Assembly: GCA_963664405.1 (NCBI GenBank)
Contig: OY761158.1
Coordinates: forward strand, 5,504,001-5,568,000
DNA: 64,000 bases
Reading direction: 5' to 3'
From: Thermoanaerobaculia bacterium
Lineage (GTDB): Bacteria; Acidobacteriota; Thermoanaerobaculia; Multivoradales; Multivoraceae
Shown here in pieces: positions 8,480 through 18,875 of this stretch. Both the position numbers and the translations under genes were made by a program. How positions within the stretch are numbered: the stretch's first letter is position 1; each line of letters starts with the position of its first letter. The notes under the pieces are model-generated. The model ran no database searches, had not been told where the DNA came from, and worked only from the letters and a program-made list of their open reading frames with translations.

Positions 8480-10009
8480 ATGCTCACCAGAACCAGGATC
8501 AAGAAGTGGCTCCTGCTCACTCATCGCTACCTCGGCCTAGCCGGCTGCGTGCTGTTCCTGATCTGGTTCCTTTCGGGCTTCGCGATGATGTACGTGGAGA
8601 TGCCCTATCTTCTGCGCACCGATTCTCGCCTCGACGGGTTTGAGAGTCTCGAGGCCTCGATACCGCTCCTCGAGCCGGCCGCCGCCCTAACAAAGGCGGG
8701 GATCGAGCAGCCGCCGCGGCGCCTCTTTCTCACAATGCAGGACGGTACTCCGGTTTGGCGGGCGTTACCGCAGCGGGGGCCGATGGTCACCCTGGCGGCG
8801 GATACCGGGAATGTGCTCGGCCCTTGGAGTCCGGATGCTGCGTTGCGCTCGGCACAGAGCTGGGGCGGCTGGGACGGCGATCTCGAGTACGAGCGCACGG
8901 TCGACTTGGATCAGTGGACGCTCTATTCGAACCTCTTCGCCCAGCATCGCCCACTCCATCGCTTCCGAGTCGACGGGCCCCGCGGCGCCTTGGTCCATGT
9001 CTCCGAGACCACCGGAATGGTGGTCCAGATCACGACGCGGCGAGAGCGGCTGTTGGCGTGGATCGGCCCGATCGTGCACTGGATCTATCCCACGATTGTG
9101 CGCAAGCACGGCAATCTGTGGACGAACCTGGTGGTCTCCCTCTCCGCCCTGGGCGTCGTCCTGGTTGTTGCCGGCACAGTTCTGGGGTTCTGGAATCTAC
9201 GCAGACGCTCCTCGAAGAACGGCATCAGCCCCTATACCCAGCGTTGGATGCGCTGGCACCATCTATTCGGGGTGAGCTTCTCTGTCGTGACTCTGAGCTG
9301 GATCTTCAGCGGCATGATGAGCATGAACCCTCTGGAGTGGGCGCCCGACACCGGCGCCACCGCGGAGGAGGTCGCTCGGCTCGCCGGAGGGGAGCTGGAC
9401 TGGTCCGCCTTCCACGTCGGCGCCGACGATGCGCTCGCTTCGTTCGCGGGTCTCGAGGTCAAAGAGCTCGAGGCGCGCTTCTTTGCCGGTCGTCCGTACT
9501 GGGTCGCCTGGGAGACTCCCAAGAGGAGCCTGGTTCTGGCCGCTGATGTCGCTGACGCCGTACCCTCGGCTGAGTTTCCTGGCTCTATGCTCAGATCGAC
9601 GACCGCCGGCCTGGTTCCTGGGGCCTCGCTGATCGAGTGGACACGGCTTGAGGATTACGACAACTACTACTACTCCAAGAAGTCGTTTCGGTACCGGAAA
9701 CGCCTCCCGATCTACCGGGCCCGCTTCGACGACTCTCAAAAGACCAGCTACTACATCGACCCCCACGCTGGCGCCGTCGTGCAGCGAATGGAGCCCCTCA
9801 GTCGCCTCAGCCGCTACCTCTACCAGGGGCTCCATTCTTGGGACATCCTGGGCTTCTTCAATCGGCGACCTTGGTGGGACCTCATCCTCGGTTTCTTCAT
9901 GATCGGGGGAGCCTTCGGCGCCCTCACCAGCGTCGCGATCGGCCTGAAGTGGTCGCAGCGTTGGTGGTCGAGAAGACGCCGCACGGCGAAGGCCGGCTCG
10001 CACGGCTGA
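8480..10009 (+). CDS. PepSY-associated TM helix domain protein
   Basis: LLLTHRYLGL, WHHLFG and LYQGLHSWD His-bearing TM segments; directly follows the TonB receptor. Confidence 0.85.
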   Translation: MLTRTRIKKWLLLTHRYLGLAGCVLFLIWFLSGFAMMYVEMPYLLRTDSRLDGFESLEASIPLLEPAAALTKAGIEQPPRRLFLTMQDGTPVWRALPQRGPMVTLAADTGNVLGPWSPDAALRSAQSWGGWDGDLEYERTVDLDQWTLYSNLFAQHRPLHRFRVDGPRGALVHVSETTGMVVQITTRRERLLAWIGPIVHWIYPTIVRKHGNLWTNLVVSLSALGVVLVVAGTVLGFWNLRRRSSKNGISPYTQRWMRWHHLFGVSFSVVTLSWIFSGMMSMNPLEWAPDTGATAEEVARLAGGELDWSAFHVGADDALASFAGLEVKELEARFFAGRPYWVAWETPKRSLVLAADVADAVPSAEFPGSMLRSTTAGLVPGASLIEWTRLEDYDNYYYSKKSFRYRKRLPIYRARFDDSQKTSYYIDPHAGAVVQRMEPLSRLSRYLYQGLHSWDILGFFNRRPWWDLILGFFMIGGAFGALTSVAIGLKWSQRWWSRRRRTAKAGSHG

Positions 10010-10310
10010 TCGATTGGCCGAGTCAGCCGTTCCCTCGGCTCAGCCCTCGCGTTGACACGAGAGCGATGCCCGAGGGGGGATCGGATAGGATCGAAAGCAC
10101 GATCACCATCGTGGGGGGCGCGCGCACGGGGGGCGGCCCTCGTGCGTGGGCAACGTTACCGTTGCTAGAAGGCAGAGGTCGGGTTGGGACGGAGTCCGCC
10201 TCTGGCAGGGCATAGACCTATAGGTATAAGATGTATGGTCCGCGCTCAGCGAAAGGAGTCGTTTCGCGACGGGTTGAAAGCTGGTGGGGTTGGACGTGCG
10301 AGACCTTGCG

Positions 10311-11690
10311 ATGGAGGAAAGAACCGAGAAGCCTCTTCCGGAGGTAGCTTCCCAAGATCGTCTGTTCGGCCAGACTTCGGTCGAGTGCGGGGCAGTGACG
10401 TCGGAGCAGTTGGCTGAAGCGACTCGGATTCAGAGCCGCGAGGGCGGCGGCAGGAAGCTCGGGGAGATCTTCCTCGATCTCGGCTGGATAACCTCCGCCG
10501 ATCTTCTACGAGTCTTGAAGGCGCAGAGGTCGACTCGCGACGAGACAGCGGTGGTGGACATGGACGGCGGGGCTACCGCTGCGCCACCGAAACCACCTGC
10601 AACGCCGGCTGCCGGGGCCCCTTTGGCGCTCGAGAGGTATCTTCGACAGGCGGCCCTCGACGGCGCCAGCGATCTTCACTTCCATGCTGGCTCACCGATG
10701 CGAGTGCGCATCCATGGCGAGCTACAGACTACGGGAAAGGAAGCTTACTCGGCTGCTCAGATGCTCGAGCTCCTTGGGCCGGTTCTGAGCGAAGCCGAGA
10801 TGCTCAAGTTGCGTCAAGCAGGTGAGGTGGACTTCATTTTCGATCTGCCGGGGATCGCTCGCTTCCGCGGCGCCGCATACCGTCAGCAGAGGGGGATCGA
10901 CGCTGTCTTCCGTGTCATTGCCCAGGAGCCACCGACTCTCGAGAGTCTCGGTCTTCCCTCAGACCTCGCTCGCTTCACCAACTACCACCAAGGCTTGGTG
11001 CTCATTACCGGACCCGCGGGCTGTGGCAAGAGTTCGACCATGGCAGCTCTTCTCGATCTCATCAATCGCGAGCGCCGTGAACATATTTTGACTGCCGAGG
11101 ATCCGATCGAGTTCGTCCATTCGTCGAAAGGATGCATCGTCAATCAGCGCCAGATCGGTACCCACTGCCCCGACTATGCCGACATGCTCCGGGCCGCGCT
11201 GCGTGAGGACCCAGACGTGATTGCTCTTGGCGAGCTGCGCGACCCCGAGACCATCGGCTTGGCGCTGACCGCGGCCGAGACCGGCCATCTCGTCTTGGCG
11301 ACGATGCACACCGGCGGTGCGATTCGGACAGTGAATCGGCTGATCGGTGTTTTTCCTCCTTCCGAGCAGGAGCAGGTGAGAGTGATGGTGTCGGAGTCTC
11401 TCCGCGGAGTCATCTCGCAGCGCCTCGTCGCCCGTGCCGACGGCACAGGGCGGGTCCCCGCTCTCGAGATCCTTCTCGTCAATCATGCCGTCGGCAATCT
11501 CATTCGCGACAACAAGTCGTATCAGCTCGAGTCGGCGTTGCAGCTCGGGGCCGGTGAGGGAATGCGAACTATGCAGCAGTCTTTCCAGGAGCTAATCAAG
11601 AACTGGGTGATCACCAGGGAAGAAGCGACCCGTCAAGGTGCCAAGGTGGACACCGGGACAAAGAGATCGGACGATCGTGAACTTGATTGA
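10311..11690 (+). CDS. pilT: Type IV pilus retraction ATPase PilT with N-terminal MshEN-like domain
   Basis: Walker A GPAGCGKS, Asp box EDPIEFVH, Walker B REDPDVIALGE, His box GHLVLATMHT, AVGNLIRD; N-terminal RKLGEIFLDLGWIT...LKAQ. Confidence 0.85.
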   Translation: MEERTEKPLPEVASQDRLFGQTSVECGAVTSEQLAEATRIQSREGGGRKLGEIFLDLGWITSADLLRVLKAQRSTRDETAVVDMDGGATAAPPKPPATPAAGAPLALERYLRQAALDGASDLHFHAGSPMRVRIHGELQTTGKEAYSAAQMLELLGPVLSEAEMLKLRQAGEVDFIFDLPGIARFRGAAYRQQRGIDAVFRVIAQEPPTLESLGLPSDLARFTNYHQGLVLITGPAGCGKSSTMAALLDLINRERREHILTAEDPIEFVHSSKGCIVNQRQIGTHCPDYADMLRAALREDPDVIALGELRDPETIGLALTAAETGHLVLATMHTGGAIRTVNRLIGVFPPSEQEQVRVMVSESLRGVISQRLVARADGTGRVPALEILLVNHAVGNLIRDNKSYQLESALQLGAGEGMRTMQQSFQELIKNWVITREEATRQGAKVDTGTKRSDDRELD

Positions 11691-12732
11691 GATGTTGCGG
11701 CGCGTCAGCGATAGCGGCGCGTCAGATCTTCACCTCGCCGCCGGCCTGGAGCCTCGCTTGCGACTGAACGGTCGGTTGTCCGCGATCGAGGGCCAGGGGG
11801 AGCTCGGTGACATCAGACTACAGTCGATGCTCAAAGAGCTCACCAATGAGGAGCAATGGAATCGCTATATGAGTGTGGGCGATCTCGATTTCGCCTACGG
11901 TTTGGAGGGGGCCGGCCGTTTTCGGGCCAATTACTTCCGCCAGGCAAGGGGAGCCGCGGCAGTTTTCCGTAGGATCCCTGAAGAGATCACGCCACTGGAG
12001 GATCTGGGTATTCCACAGGCCGTCCAGTCGCTTGCAGACATCAGGGAGGGGCTCGTTCTGGTGACCGGGCCGACCGGCTCGGGGAAGTCGACCACTCTGG
12101 CGGCGATCATCGATCGCATCAATCGTGAGCGCTCGCTGCACGTCGTCACCATCGAAGACCCGGTTGAGTTTCTACACCGGGACCGTCGCTGTGTCTTTTC
12201 GCAGAGAGAAGTCGGCACTGACACCGAAAGCTTTGCCGCGGCGGTTCGGGCGGCGATGAGGGCGGACGCGGATGTGATCCTGGTTGGTGAGCTCCGAGAT
12301 CGAGAGACCGTTGAGCTCGCCCTGACGGCAGCTGAGATGGGGACGCTGGTTTTTGGCACTTTACACACGAACAATGCGGTAAAGACGGTAGATCGCATCA
12401 TCGACGTCTTTCCTGCGGATCAACAAGCGCAGATTCGTCTGGCTCTTGCTGACAGTCTGGCGGCGGTGGTAGCGCAAAATCTGCTGACCTCCGCGGACGG
12501 CAGCTCTCGCTGGCCCGCGACCGAGATCCTGTTCAGGACCGCGGGCCTCGCCAACGCCATTCGTGAAGGCTCGACGCATATGATCCGCAACTTCATTCTC
12601 AGCGGCCACAACATCGGTATGCGCTCAATGGACGACTCTCTGATGGAGCTCTTACAGGCGAAGAAGATCGGCTTTGACGACGCCTATCGTCGCGCCGTCA
12701 ACAGAGATCCTTTCGAGTCCCTCAAGCCGTAG
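11677..12732 (+). CDS. pilT: Second PilT/PilU family retraction ATPase
   Basis: ASDLHL, GPTGSGKST, IEDPVEF, DVILVGELRD, FGTLHT; GTG start overlaps the upstream gene. Confidence 0.85.
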   Translation: MNLIEMLRRVSDSGASDLHLAAGLEPRLRLNGRLSAIEGQGELGDIRLQSMLKELTNEEQWNRYMSVGDLDFAYGLEGAGRFRANYFRQARGAAAVFRRIPEEITPLEDLGIPQAVQSLADIREGLVLVTGPTGSGKSTTLAAIIDRINRERSLHVVTIEDPVEFLHRDRRCVFSQREVGTDTESFAAAVRAAMRADADVILVGELRDRETVELALTAAEMGTLVFGTLHTNNAVKTVDRIIDVFPADQQAQIRLALADSLAAVVAQNLLTSADGSSRWPATEILFRTAGLANAIREGSTHMIRNFILSGHNIGMRSMDDSLMELLQAKKIGFDDAYRRAVNRDPFESLKP

Positions 12733-12771
12733 CTTGCTCGCGTAGGCTTGGGCGTTGGGCTCGTCGAGCCG

Positions 12772-12948
12772 CTACTCAGTCGACTTGTCGTCGTTGTCGT
12801 CGGAGCTGCCGGACTCGCCATTGCTGATTCCGGTCTTGAAGTTTCGGATTCCTTCACCTAGGCCTTTTCCTAGTTTGGGAAGCTTCGAAGCTCCGAAGAA
12901 GACGATGACGATCAAGAGGATGACGAGTAGTTCGGTGACCCCTGGCAT
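12772..12948 (-). CDS. tatA: Twin-arginine translocase subunit TatA
   Basis: [38 protein letters not shown]; AGGAGG RBS upstream of ATG 12948. Confidence 0.92.
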   Translation of the reverse strand: MPGVTELLVILLIVIVFFGASKLPKLGKGLGEGIRNFKTGISNGESGSSDDNDDKSTE

Positions 12949-13054
12949 TCGTGACCTCCTGTGGGATCGAACCGGCCGGGTGGCTTCGGGATAGGCCGTG
13001 AGGACTTCTTGGAACGCTATCATGGCGCTGTCTACGTACCTGACCGCTAGGTCG

Positions 13055-13555
13055 ATGATGATGTTTAGCAATTTCAGGCGGCTCCGCTTGCGCCGACGGT
13101 TCCTCCCCCTCTCCCTTCTGTTCTTGCCGTTGGTAGCCGGATGCTCCGGCGACGAGCCGGCCGTTCCGGTTCCAGAGGTCGCCGAAGTCCGAGCGGCGCA
13201 TGAAGCCTGGGTGACGGCGCTCAACAGACAGGATGTGGACTACCTCGAGCACCATGCTCTTCCCGAGATCAGCATGTTCAGTGCCAGCGGTCGTTTGCGG
13301 AAGGATCTAGGAGAGGCGGGTTGGGAGGCGATGCGCGGCGGTGCCAGGCAGGCCGGACGCGAGCAGCGCCGAGTCGAGCACCAGATCGAAGAGATCAGAG
13401 TCTACGGTGACGTCGCGATGGTTACCGGGCACAGCCGGGTAGGCGTGACAGGCGTCGATGGCGATCGCCCGGAGCTGCGCCGACGGCTGACCTACATCTG
13501 GGTTCGCACCGACCAAGGCTGGAGACAGGCCCACCATCACGTTTCGGATCTCTGA
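13055..13555 (+). CDS. NTF2/SnoaL-fold (DUF4440-like) lipoprotein
   Basis: Lipobox LVAGC; [12 protein letters not shown]...[19 protein letters not shown]; start uncertain. Confidence 0.7.
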   Translation: MMMFSNFRRLRLRRRFLPLSLLFLPLVAGCSGDEPAVPVPEVAEVRAAHEAWVTALNRQDVDYLEHHALPEISMFSASGRLRKDLGEAGWEAMRGGARQAGREQRRVEHQIEEIRVYGDVAMVTGHSRVGVTGVDGDRPELRRRLTYIWVRTDQGWRQAHHHVSDL

Positions 13556-13580
13556 GGCCTCCAGGAGCTGGGCGGCAGCT

Positions 13581-13651
13581 CCGGATGCGCCGTCCTCGGC
13601 GCCATGTACTCTAGCCGTAGGAAGTGATAAGCGATCACTTCCGGAGGCTAG
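13581..13651 (+). repeat. Family C REP-like repeat, copy 1
   Basis: CCGGATGCGCCGTCCTCGGCGCCATGT...GGAAGTGAT-aagcg-ATCACTTCCGGAGGCTAG; homologous to 19903-19972 and 24490-24559. Confidence 0.8.
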
Positions 13652-14724
13652 ACCCTCATCAACACCGATCCCCAGTGCAGTCCGGCTCCGAGCGCGGTGA
13701 AGGCGACCAGATCACCTTGGCATATACGGCCCTGCGCTCGTGCCTCGTGGAAACACAGCGGCAGCGTGGCGGATGTTGTATTGCCATAGCGTTGGATATT
13801 GTTGTGGACCTTCTCCGAAGGTAGGCCCATCGCCTTCTGGGCGGCTTCGTTGATGCGCAGATTGGCCTGGTGCATGATCAACATTCCGAGATCGTCGAGG
13901 GTGTAGCCACAGTTTTCGAGCAGGCTGCGGGTCACTTTGGGCATCCGAGTCACCGCGAGTCTGAAGACCGCCCGTCCGTCCATTACCGGTACCCAGCTGC
14001 CGTCCTCCAACATCGCTGCGTCGACCATCGGGCGGCTCTTGGATCCGAGACCTGGCACGTGAAGGATCTCGAGGTTGGCGCCGTCGCTGTAGAGTTCGGA
14101 TCCGAGGATCCCGCGGCCGTCCGACTCTTCGTGGGCTCGAAACACCATCGCCCCCGCGGCATCGCCGAAGAGCACCAGGAGGTTGCGGAAGCGTGTATTC
14201 CAGGCGAAGTCTTCGGCGTGGTCCAGCCGCCGGTCTTCTTCCGCGAGTAGCACCTCCCAGCTCAGATCGGAGAAGGGCATGAGACTGGTGTGCACGTCGG
14301 TGCCGACGAGCAGGACCGTCGAGGCGGTGCCACTACCGATCAGCGCATTCACCAATTGCAGGCCGAAGGCGAAACCGGCGCACTGCTGGCGAATGTCCAG
14401 GCTGGGTCTGGGAGAGATGCCGAGCCCGTGCTGGATCGCCGTTCCAGCTCCCGGAAAGTAGTGGTCGGGGGTCATGGTCGCGCAGACGATGTAGTCGACC
14501 TCGTCGGCGTCGATCGCCGCGTCCTCGATCGCCGCTTGGGCGGCTCGAATTCCTAGATCTGAAGAGGCTACGCCGGGCTCGACGAAGAACCTCTGGACGA
14601 TCCCGGTTCGCTCGCGGATCCATTCGTCATTGGTGTCCATGATGCGAGCGAGCCGATCGTTGTCGATCGCGATCTCGCCGGTTGCGATTCCGCTGCCAAG
14701 AAGAAGGGCACGCTGTTCCGTCAT
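13648..14724 (-). CDS. fabH: 3-oxoacyl-ACP synthase III (FabH family)
   Basis: DTNDEWIRERTGI, catalytic Cys in QQCAGF, LFGDAAGA, HQANLRI, YGNTTSA. Confidence 0.85.
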   Translation of the reverse strand: MTEQRALLLGSGIATGEIAIDNDRLARIMDTNDEWIRERTGIVQRFFVEPGVASSDLGIRAAQAAIEDAAIDADEVDYIVCATMTPDHYFPGAGTAIQHGLGISPRPSLDIRQQCAGFAFGLQLVNALIGSGTASTVLLVGTDVHTSLMPFSDLSWEVLLAEEDRRLDHAEDFAWNTRFRNLLVLFGDAAGAMVFRAHEESDGRGILGSELYSDGANLEILHVPGLGSKSRPMVDAAMLEDGSWVPVMDGRAVFRLAVTRMPKVTRSLLENCGYTLDDLGMLIMHQANLRINEAAQKAMGLPSEKVHNNIQRYGNTTSATLPLCFHEARAQGRICQGDLVAFTALGAGLHWGSVLMRV

Positions 14725-14867
14725 TCGCGACTCCCAGTGAAGTTTCAGCTCAGGCAACGGCGAAGGGGTAGCTTCGTCGTTCTCGATGGCCTCGATTGGA
14801 CTCTGATTGTGCCAGGAACCCGGTCTCAGCGCACGGGAAGTACAATCTTCCTAGGCATGGGAAGACT

Positions 14868-15566
14868 ATGACTGAGATGGACGACGGCATAGCGGACACT
14901 GCTGCGACGAATCCTTGGCAGGAGCGGGACGATATTGGCTTCCTGCGGGCTTTCGTCCGAACTGTCACGGCTCTGATTCGCGATACCAGTAGGGTATTCG
15001 AGGGTACCAAGCCGGAGCTCGGATTTGGGGGGCCGCTCCTATTCGGTGTTCTGGCGGGATCGCTCGGGCAACTTCTCGAGAGCTCTGTTTACTTCGCGCT
15101 CCGGCCGCTGGTTTCTCTCCTGTTGTCGATGGACCTCCCGCTGCTTTCGCCCAGTGCTCTCGGCGGGTTGGGCCTCACCGCGCTCCCCGAGTGGGCGATC
15201 TCGTTTCTCGGCTGCCAGGTCGCGATCCTCGCCATTCCGCTGGTCGTGGTTGTTGTCGGGTTGTTTCTTCTCGTTCTGGCTTGCACCATTCATATGCTTC
15301 TTTGGCTCGTGGGTGGGCTGCGATCATCCGAGGCGGGCTTCAAGGGTACTTTCGCTACGACCTGCTACGCCACCTGCGCCTCGTTAGCACAGGTGGTACC
15401 GTTACTCGGCGATCTGGTCTTTGTCGTTGCCGCTACCACGATCCAGGTCGTTGGCCTTCAAGTGATCCACCGGACGACCTTCAAGAGGGCGCTGACGGCA
15501 GCGATTGGGCCGTTGTTTCTACTGGCGGGTTTCATCGCGGCAGTTGTCTTCGCATCCGCCTATTAG
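14868..15566 (+). CDS. Yip1-like membrane protein
   Basis: NPWQER N-terminal motif, several TM helices, GFKGTF and GLQVIHRTTFKRA; start uncertain. Confidence 0.6.
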   Translation: MTEMDDGIADTAATNPWQERDDIGFLRAFVRTVTALIRDTSRVFEGTKPELGFGGPLLFGVLAGSLGQLLESSVYFALRPLVSLLLSMDLPLLSPSALGGLGLTALPEWAISFLGCQVAILAIPLVVVVVGLFLLVLACTIHMLLWLVGGLRSSEAGFKGTFATTCYATCASLAQVVPLLGDLVFVVAATTIQVVGLQVIHRTTFKRALTAAIGPLFLLAGFIAAVVFASAY

Positions 15567-15612
15567 CGGACCTCAGGGCGCGAAGAAAGAACGGCGCCGC
15601 CGCACGGTCACC

Positions 15613-16884
15613 TCAGAGACTGTTGAGCCCAACGCCGATCGCCGTAGTCAGCCGCCCCAGATCGTCGCTGTCGATCACCAGAGGCGGCATGAGATAGATC
15701 AAGTCGCTGAAGGGCCTGATCCATACTCCGGCGTCCACAAAGAGCTCCTGGAGGGCGGCGACCGGAACCGCGGCACGGGCCTGGACGACACCTATGGCGC
15801 CGAAGACGCGAACGTCGGAGACGGCTCGATGGCTCCGATAAGGCTCGAGCTCACCACTGAGCTGTGCCTCGATGGCGGCCACGCGGCTTTGCCAGGGACC
15901 GTCGAGAAGGAGCTCGATACTCTTGCGGGCGACCGCGCAGGCGAGAGGGTTGGCCATGAAAGTGGGTCCGTGCATGAGCACGCCTCCGTCGCCGGAGATC
16001 CCTTCCGCAACCCTGCGATTGGTCAAGGTCGCTGCCTGACTGAGATAGCCGCCGGTCATCGCCTTGCCGAGACAAAGGATGTCGGGCTCGACCTGCGCGT
16101 GCTCGCTTGCGAAGAGGCGCCCGGTGCGGCCGAACCCCGTTGCGATCTCATCCAGAATAAGGAGTACGTCGAACTTCCGGCAGAGCTCGGCGACCAGTTT
16201 CAGGTACTCCGGAGAGTAGAACCACATGCCGCCGGCGCCCTGGACGACGGGCTCGAGGATCACAGCCGCCAACTCCTGATGATGCGCTGTAATGGCTCGC
16301 TCGATCTCGTCCGAATCGCTCGGGTGGAGCGGCTCTCCGGGTCGCGTTCTCGGCCTCTCGACGAACAAGTGCTGCGGCATCACCGGGCGGAAGCGCTCGT
16401 GCATCCCGCTCACCGGGTCGCAGACGCTCATCGCACCGAAGGTGTCACCGTGGTAACCGCCTTTGATCGTGAGCAATCGGCTTTTCTCACTTCGCCCCTG
16501 TGCGCCCCAAAACTGAATCGCCATCTTGATCGCGACTTCTACCGCGACCGAGCCTGAGTCTGAGAAGAAGACGTGTTGGAGCGCATCGGGTGTGATCCGG
16601 ATGAGCTCGCGTGCGAGCTCGATCGCCGGCTCGTGAGTGAGGCCTCCGAACATCACATGAGCGGTCTTTCGCAGCTGCGCCTCGATCGCGGCGTTCAACT
16701 CCGGATGGTTGTAGCCGTGGATGACACACCACCAGGACGCCATTCCGTCGATGAGCTCGCGACCGTCCGCCAACCGAATGCGCACGCCCTCGGCCGAGAC
16801 GGCTTCGTAGGTGCGGAGCGGCTCCGTCATCGAAGTGTAGGGGTGCCAGATATGGCGCCGATCGAAGTCGAGAAGGTCGCTCAT
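15613..16884 (-). CDS. bioA: Adenosylmethionine--8-amino-7-oxononanoate transaminase
   Basis: HIWHPYTSM, DGMASWW, SDSGSVAVEVAIKMA, YHGDT, DEIATGFGRTG, HGPTFMANPLA. Confidence 0.95.
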   Translation of the reverse strand: MSDLLDFDRRHIWHPYTSMTEPLRTYEAVSAEGVRIRLADGRELIDGMASWWCVIHGYNHPELNAAIEAQLRKTAHVMFGGLTHEPAIELARELIRITPDALQHVFFSDSGSVAVEVAIKMAIQFWGAQGRSEKSRLLTIKGGYHGDTFGAMSVCDPVSGMHERFRPVMPQHLFVERPRTRPGEPLHPSDSDEIERAITAHHQELAAVILEPVVQGAGGMWFYSPEYLKLVAELCRKFDVLLILDEIATGFGRTGRLFASEHAQVEPDILCLGKAMTGGYLSQAATLTNRRVAEGISGDGGVLMHGPTFMANPLACAVARKSIELLLDGPWQSRVAAIEAQLSGELEPYRSHRAVSDVRVFGAIGVVQARAAVPVAALQELFVDAGVWIRPFSDLIYLMPPLVIDSDDLGRLTTAIGVGLNSL

Positions 16885-17567
16885 TGCAGCAGCAAGTCTA
16901 AGTCCAGATGGTCGTCGGCAGTTTCAGATTCGCCGCTGCCGAGGTAGGGAACAACTCCGAGACAGGGGGCGCTGAGGCGGTCCCGTAGTGTCGCCACGTT
17001 CCGGTCTAGAAAAGGCATCGTTTCGCCGAGGCAGTTGGCGGCCCATCCGGCCAGGCTCAAACCGGAGCGCTCGATTGCGGCGGCAGTCAGGAGTGCGTGA
17101 TTGAGGCAGCCGAGCTTCATGCCGACGACCAGGACGACGTCTGCTTCGAGAACGACGCAGAGATCGGCCAGGGTCTCGTGACCGTTGAGGGGAACCAGCC
17201 AACCTCCCGCTCCTTCGATCAGAACGAGGTCGGCGCCGTCCCAGTCGGGCTCACGGCAGTGTGCTGCCAGCTCTGCAACGGTGATCTCGCGGCCCGCAAG
17301 CTCCAGGGCGATGTGGGGTGCGATGGCGGGCTCGAGGGCGACGGGGTTGACGAGCTCATAGTCGAGCTCCGAGTCGGCCGCCGCGATTAGCTCGAGAGCA
17401 TCGTCATTACGCCACTCACCGTCTTCCAGCCGGCAGCCGGCGGCGATCGGCTTGAGCCCTAAACAGTTCAGCCCACGCTGGGTCGCCGTACGCAGGATCG
17501 CACTCGCGATCAAGGTCTTGCCGACTTCGGTGTCTGTCCCGGTGACGAAGAGAGGCCTGCGCCGCAT
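16881..17567 (-). CDS. bioD: Dethiobiotin synthase
   Basis: FVTGTDTEVGKT, LKPIAAG, IEGAGG, LGCLNHALLT. Confidence 0.95.
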   Translation of the reverse strand: MRRRPLFVTGTDTEVGKTLIASAILRTATQRGLNCLGLKPIAAGCRLEDGEWRNDDALELIAAADSELDYELVNPVALEPAIAPHIALELAGREITVAELAAHCREPDWDGADLVLIEGAGGWLVPLNGHETLADLCVVLEADVVLVVGMKLGCLNHALLTAAAIERSGLSLAGWAANCLGETMPFLDRNVATLRDRLSAPCLGVVPYLGSGESETADDHLDLDLLLQ

Positions 17568-18754
17568 CAGAGGTCGCTAGCTCCCTGGCGCGCGATCTCG
17601 AGTGCTTCTAGGAGCCGATCCACGTCTTCCTCGGTGTGAGCTGCAGTCAAGGTGATCCGCAGGCGCGAAGTCCCCTCTGGAACCGTCGGCGGACGAATGG
17701 CGGTGCAAAAACAGCCTTGGTCTTCGAGTGTCCGGCTGGCGGCTAGGGTGCGCGCCGGTTCTCCGAGAATTAAAGGCTGGATGGGGGACTGTGAACATCC
17801 CAGCTCGAAGCCGATCTGTGCAGCTCCCGTTCGAAAGCGTTCAATCAACTGCACGAGGCGCTCGCGACGCCACTCCTCTGTTCTGGCGATGGTCAAGCTC
17901 TCGAGGGTGGCGACGGCGATCGCGGAGGGCATGGCGGTGGTGAAGATGTAGTTGCGCGAACGCTGAATGAGCGTCTCGATCAGCTCCTCGCTACCGGCTG
18001 CGAAGGCGCCGAAAGTACCGAGTGCCTTACCGAAGGTACCGATCAGAACGGGGATGTCGTCCGTCGAATAGCGCGACGGGTCGGCCAGCCCGACACCCTC
18101 TCGGCCGTGGACTCCGAAGCCGTGGGCGTCATCGATCATGACCCATGCCTTGTTGTGTCGGGCGAGGGCGATCAATGCGTCGATGTCGCATTGGTCTCCA
18201 TCCATGCTGAAGGTGCCATCACTGACGATCAGTTTGCGGTTGGGGGAGCCGGCGACATGGTCCAGCTCTCGTCCGAGATGCTCGGAGTCGCGATGACCGT
18301 ACCAGGTGAAGGCGGCTCGGCTGATCCAACCGCCGTCCAAGAGTGACGCGTGGTTGAGTCGATCTTCGAAGACGTGATCGCCGACACTCAGAAGCGCGTT
18401 GAGGACGCCGACATTGGCGCCGTAGCCGCTGGAGTAGAGGAGCGCACGGGGCCGCCCGGTGAGCTCGGCCAGTGCTTGCTCGAGATCTTCATGGGCGCGA
18501 GTGTGCCCGGAAATGAGGTGCGAGGCTCCAGCGCCGGTCCCCCAGCGATCGACCCCGGCTTTGAGCGCGTCTCCGATGCGCGGGTCGGCGGCCAGGCCGA
18601 GATAGTCGTTGCTCGAGAAGTTGAGGAGCTCGCGACCGTCGACTCGAACCAGACGCCCTTGGGGGCCCTCCAAAGTTCGAAGGCTTCGATACATGTCTCG
18701 CTTCCTAGCGTCGTCGAGACGTGGCTGGAGATCGTCGAAACCGTTGTCGTTCAT
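17567..18754 (-). CDS. bioF: 8-amino-7-oxononanoate synthase
   Basis: [44 protein letters not shown]; likely start MNDNGF at 18754. Confidence 0.93.
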   Translation of the reverse strand: MNDNGFDDLQPRLDDARKRDMYRSLRTLEGPQGRLVRVDGRELLNFSSNDYLGLAADPRIGDALKAGVDRWGTGAGASHLISGHTRAHEDLEQALAELTGRPRALLYSSGYGANVGVLNALLSVGDHVFEDRLNHASLLDGGWISRAAFTWYGHRDSEHLGRELDHVAGSPNRKLIVSDGTFSMDGDQCDIDALIALARHNKAWVMIDDAHGFGVHGREGVGLADPSRYSTDDIPVLIGTFGKALGTFGAFAAGSEELIETLIQRSRNYIFTTAMPSAIAVATLESLTIARTEEWRRERLVQLIERFRTGAAQIGFELGCSQSPIQPLILGEPARTLAASRTLEDQGCFCTAIRPPTVPEGTSRLRITLTAAHTEEDVDRLLEALEIARQGASDL

Positions 18755-18875
18755 ACCCGGGTTCCGCGGCAGTGGGCAGCGGAGCATACCGTATGGGGGC
18801 ATCGAAGCTGGTGCGCCGCCCGCGCACGCACAGACCCCAAGACATGGAATAATCGCGCACCCGAGGAGAATGCTC

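Noticed and set aside
10010-10290. GC-rich hairpins between the PepSY gene and pilT
   Set aside because: Single copy, no U-tract and no recognisable RNA family; such stems are expected by chance at this GC content.
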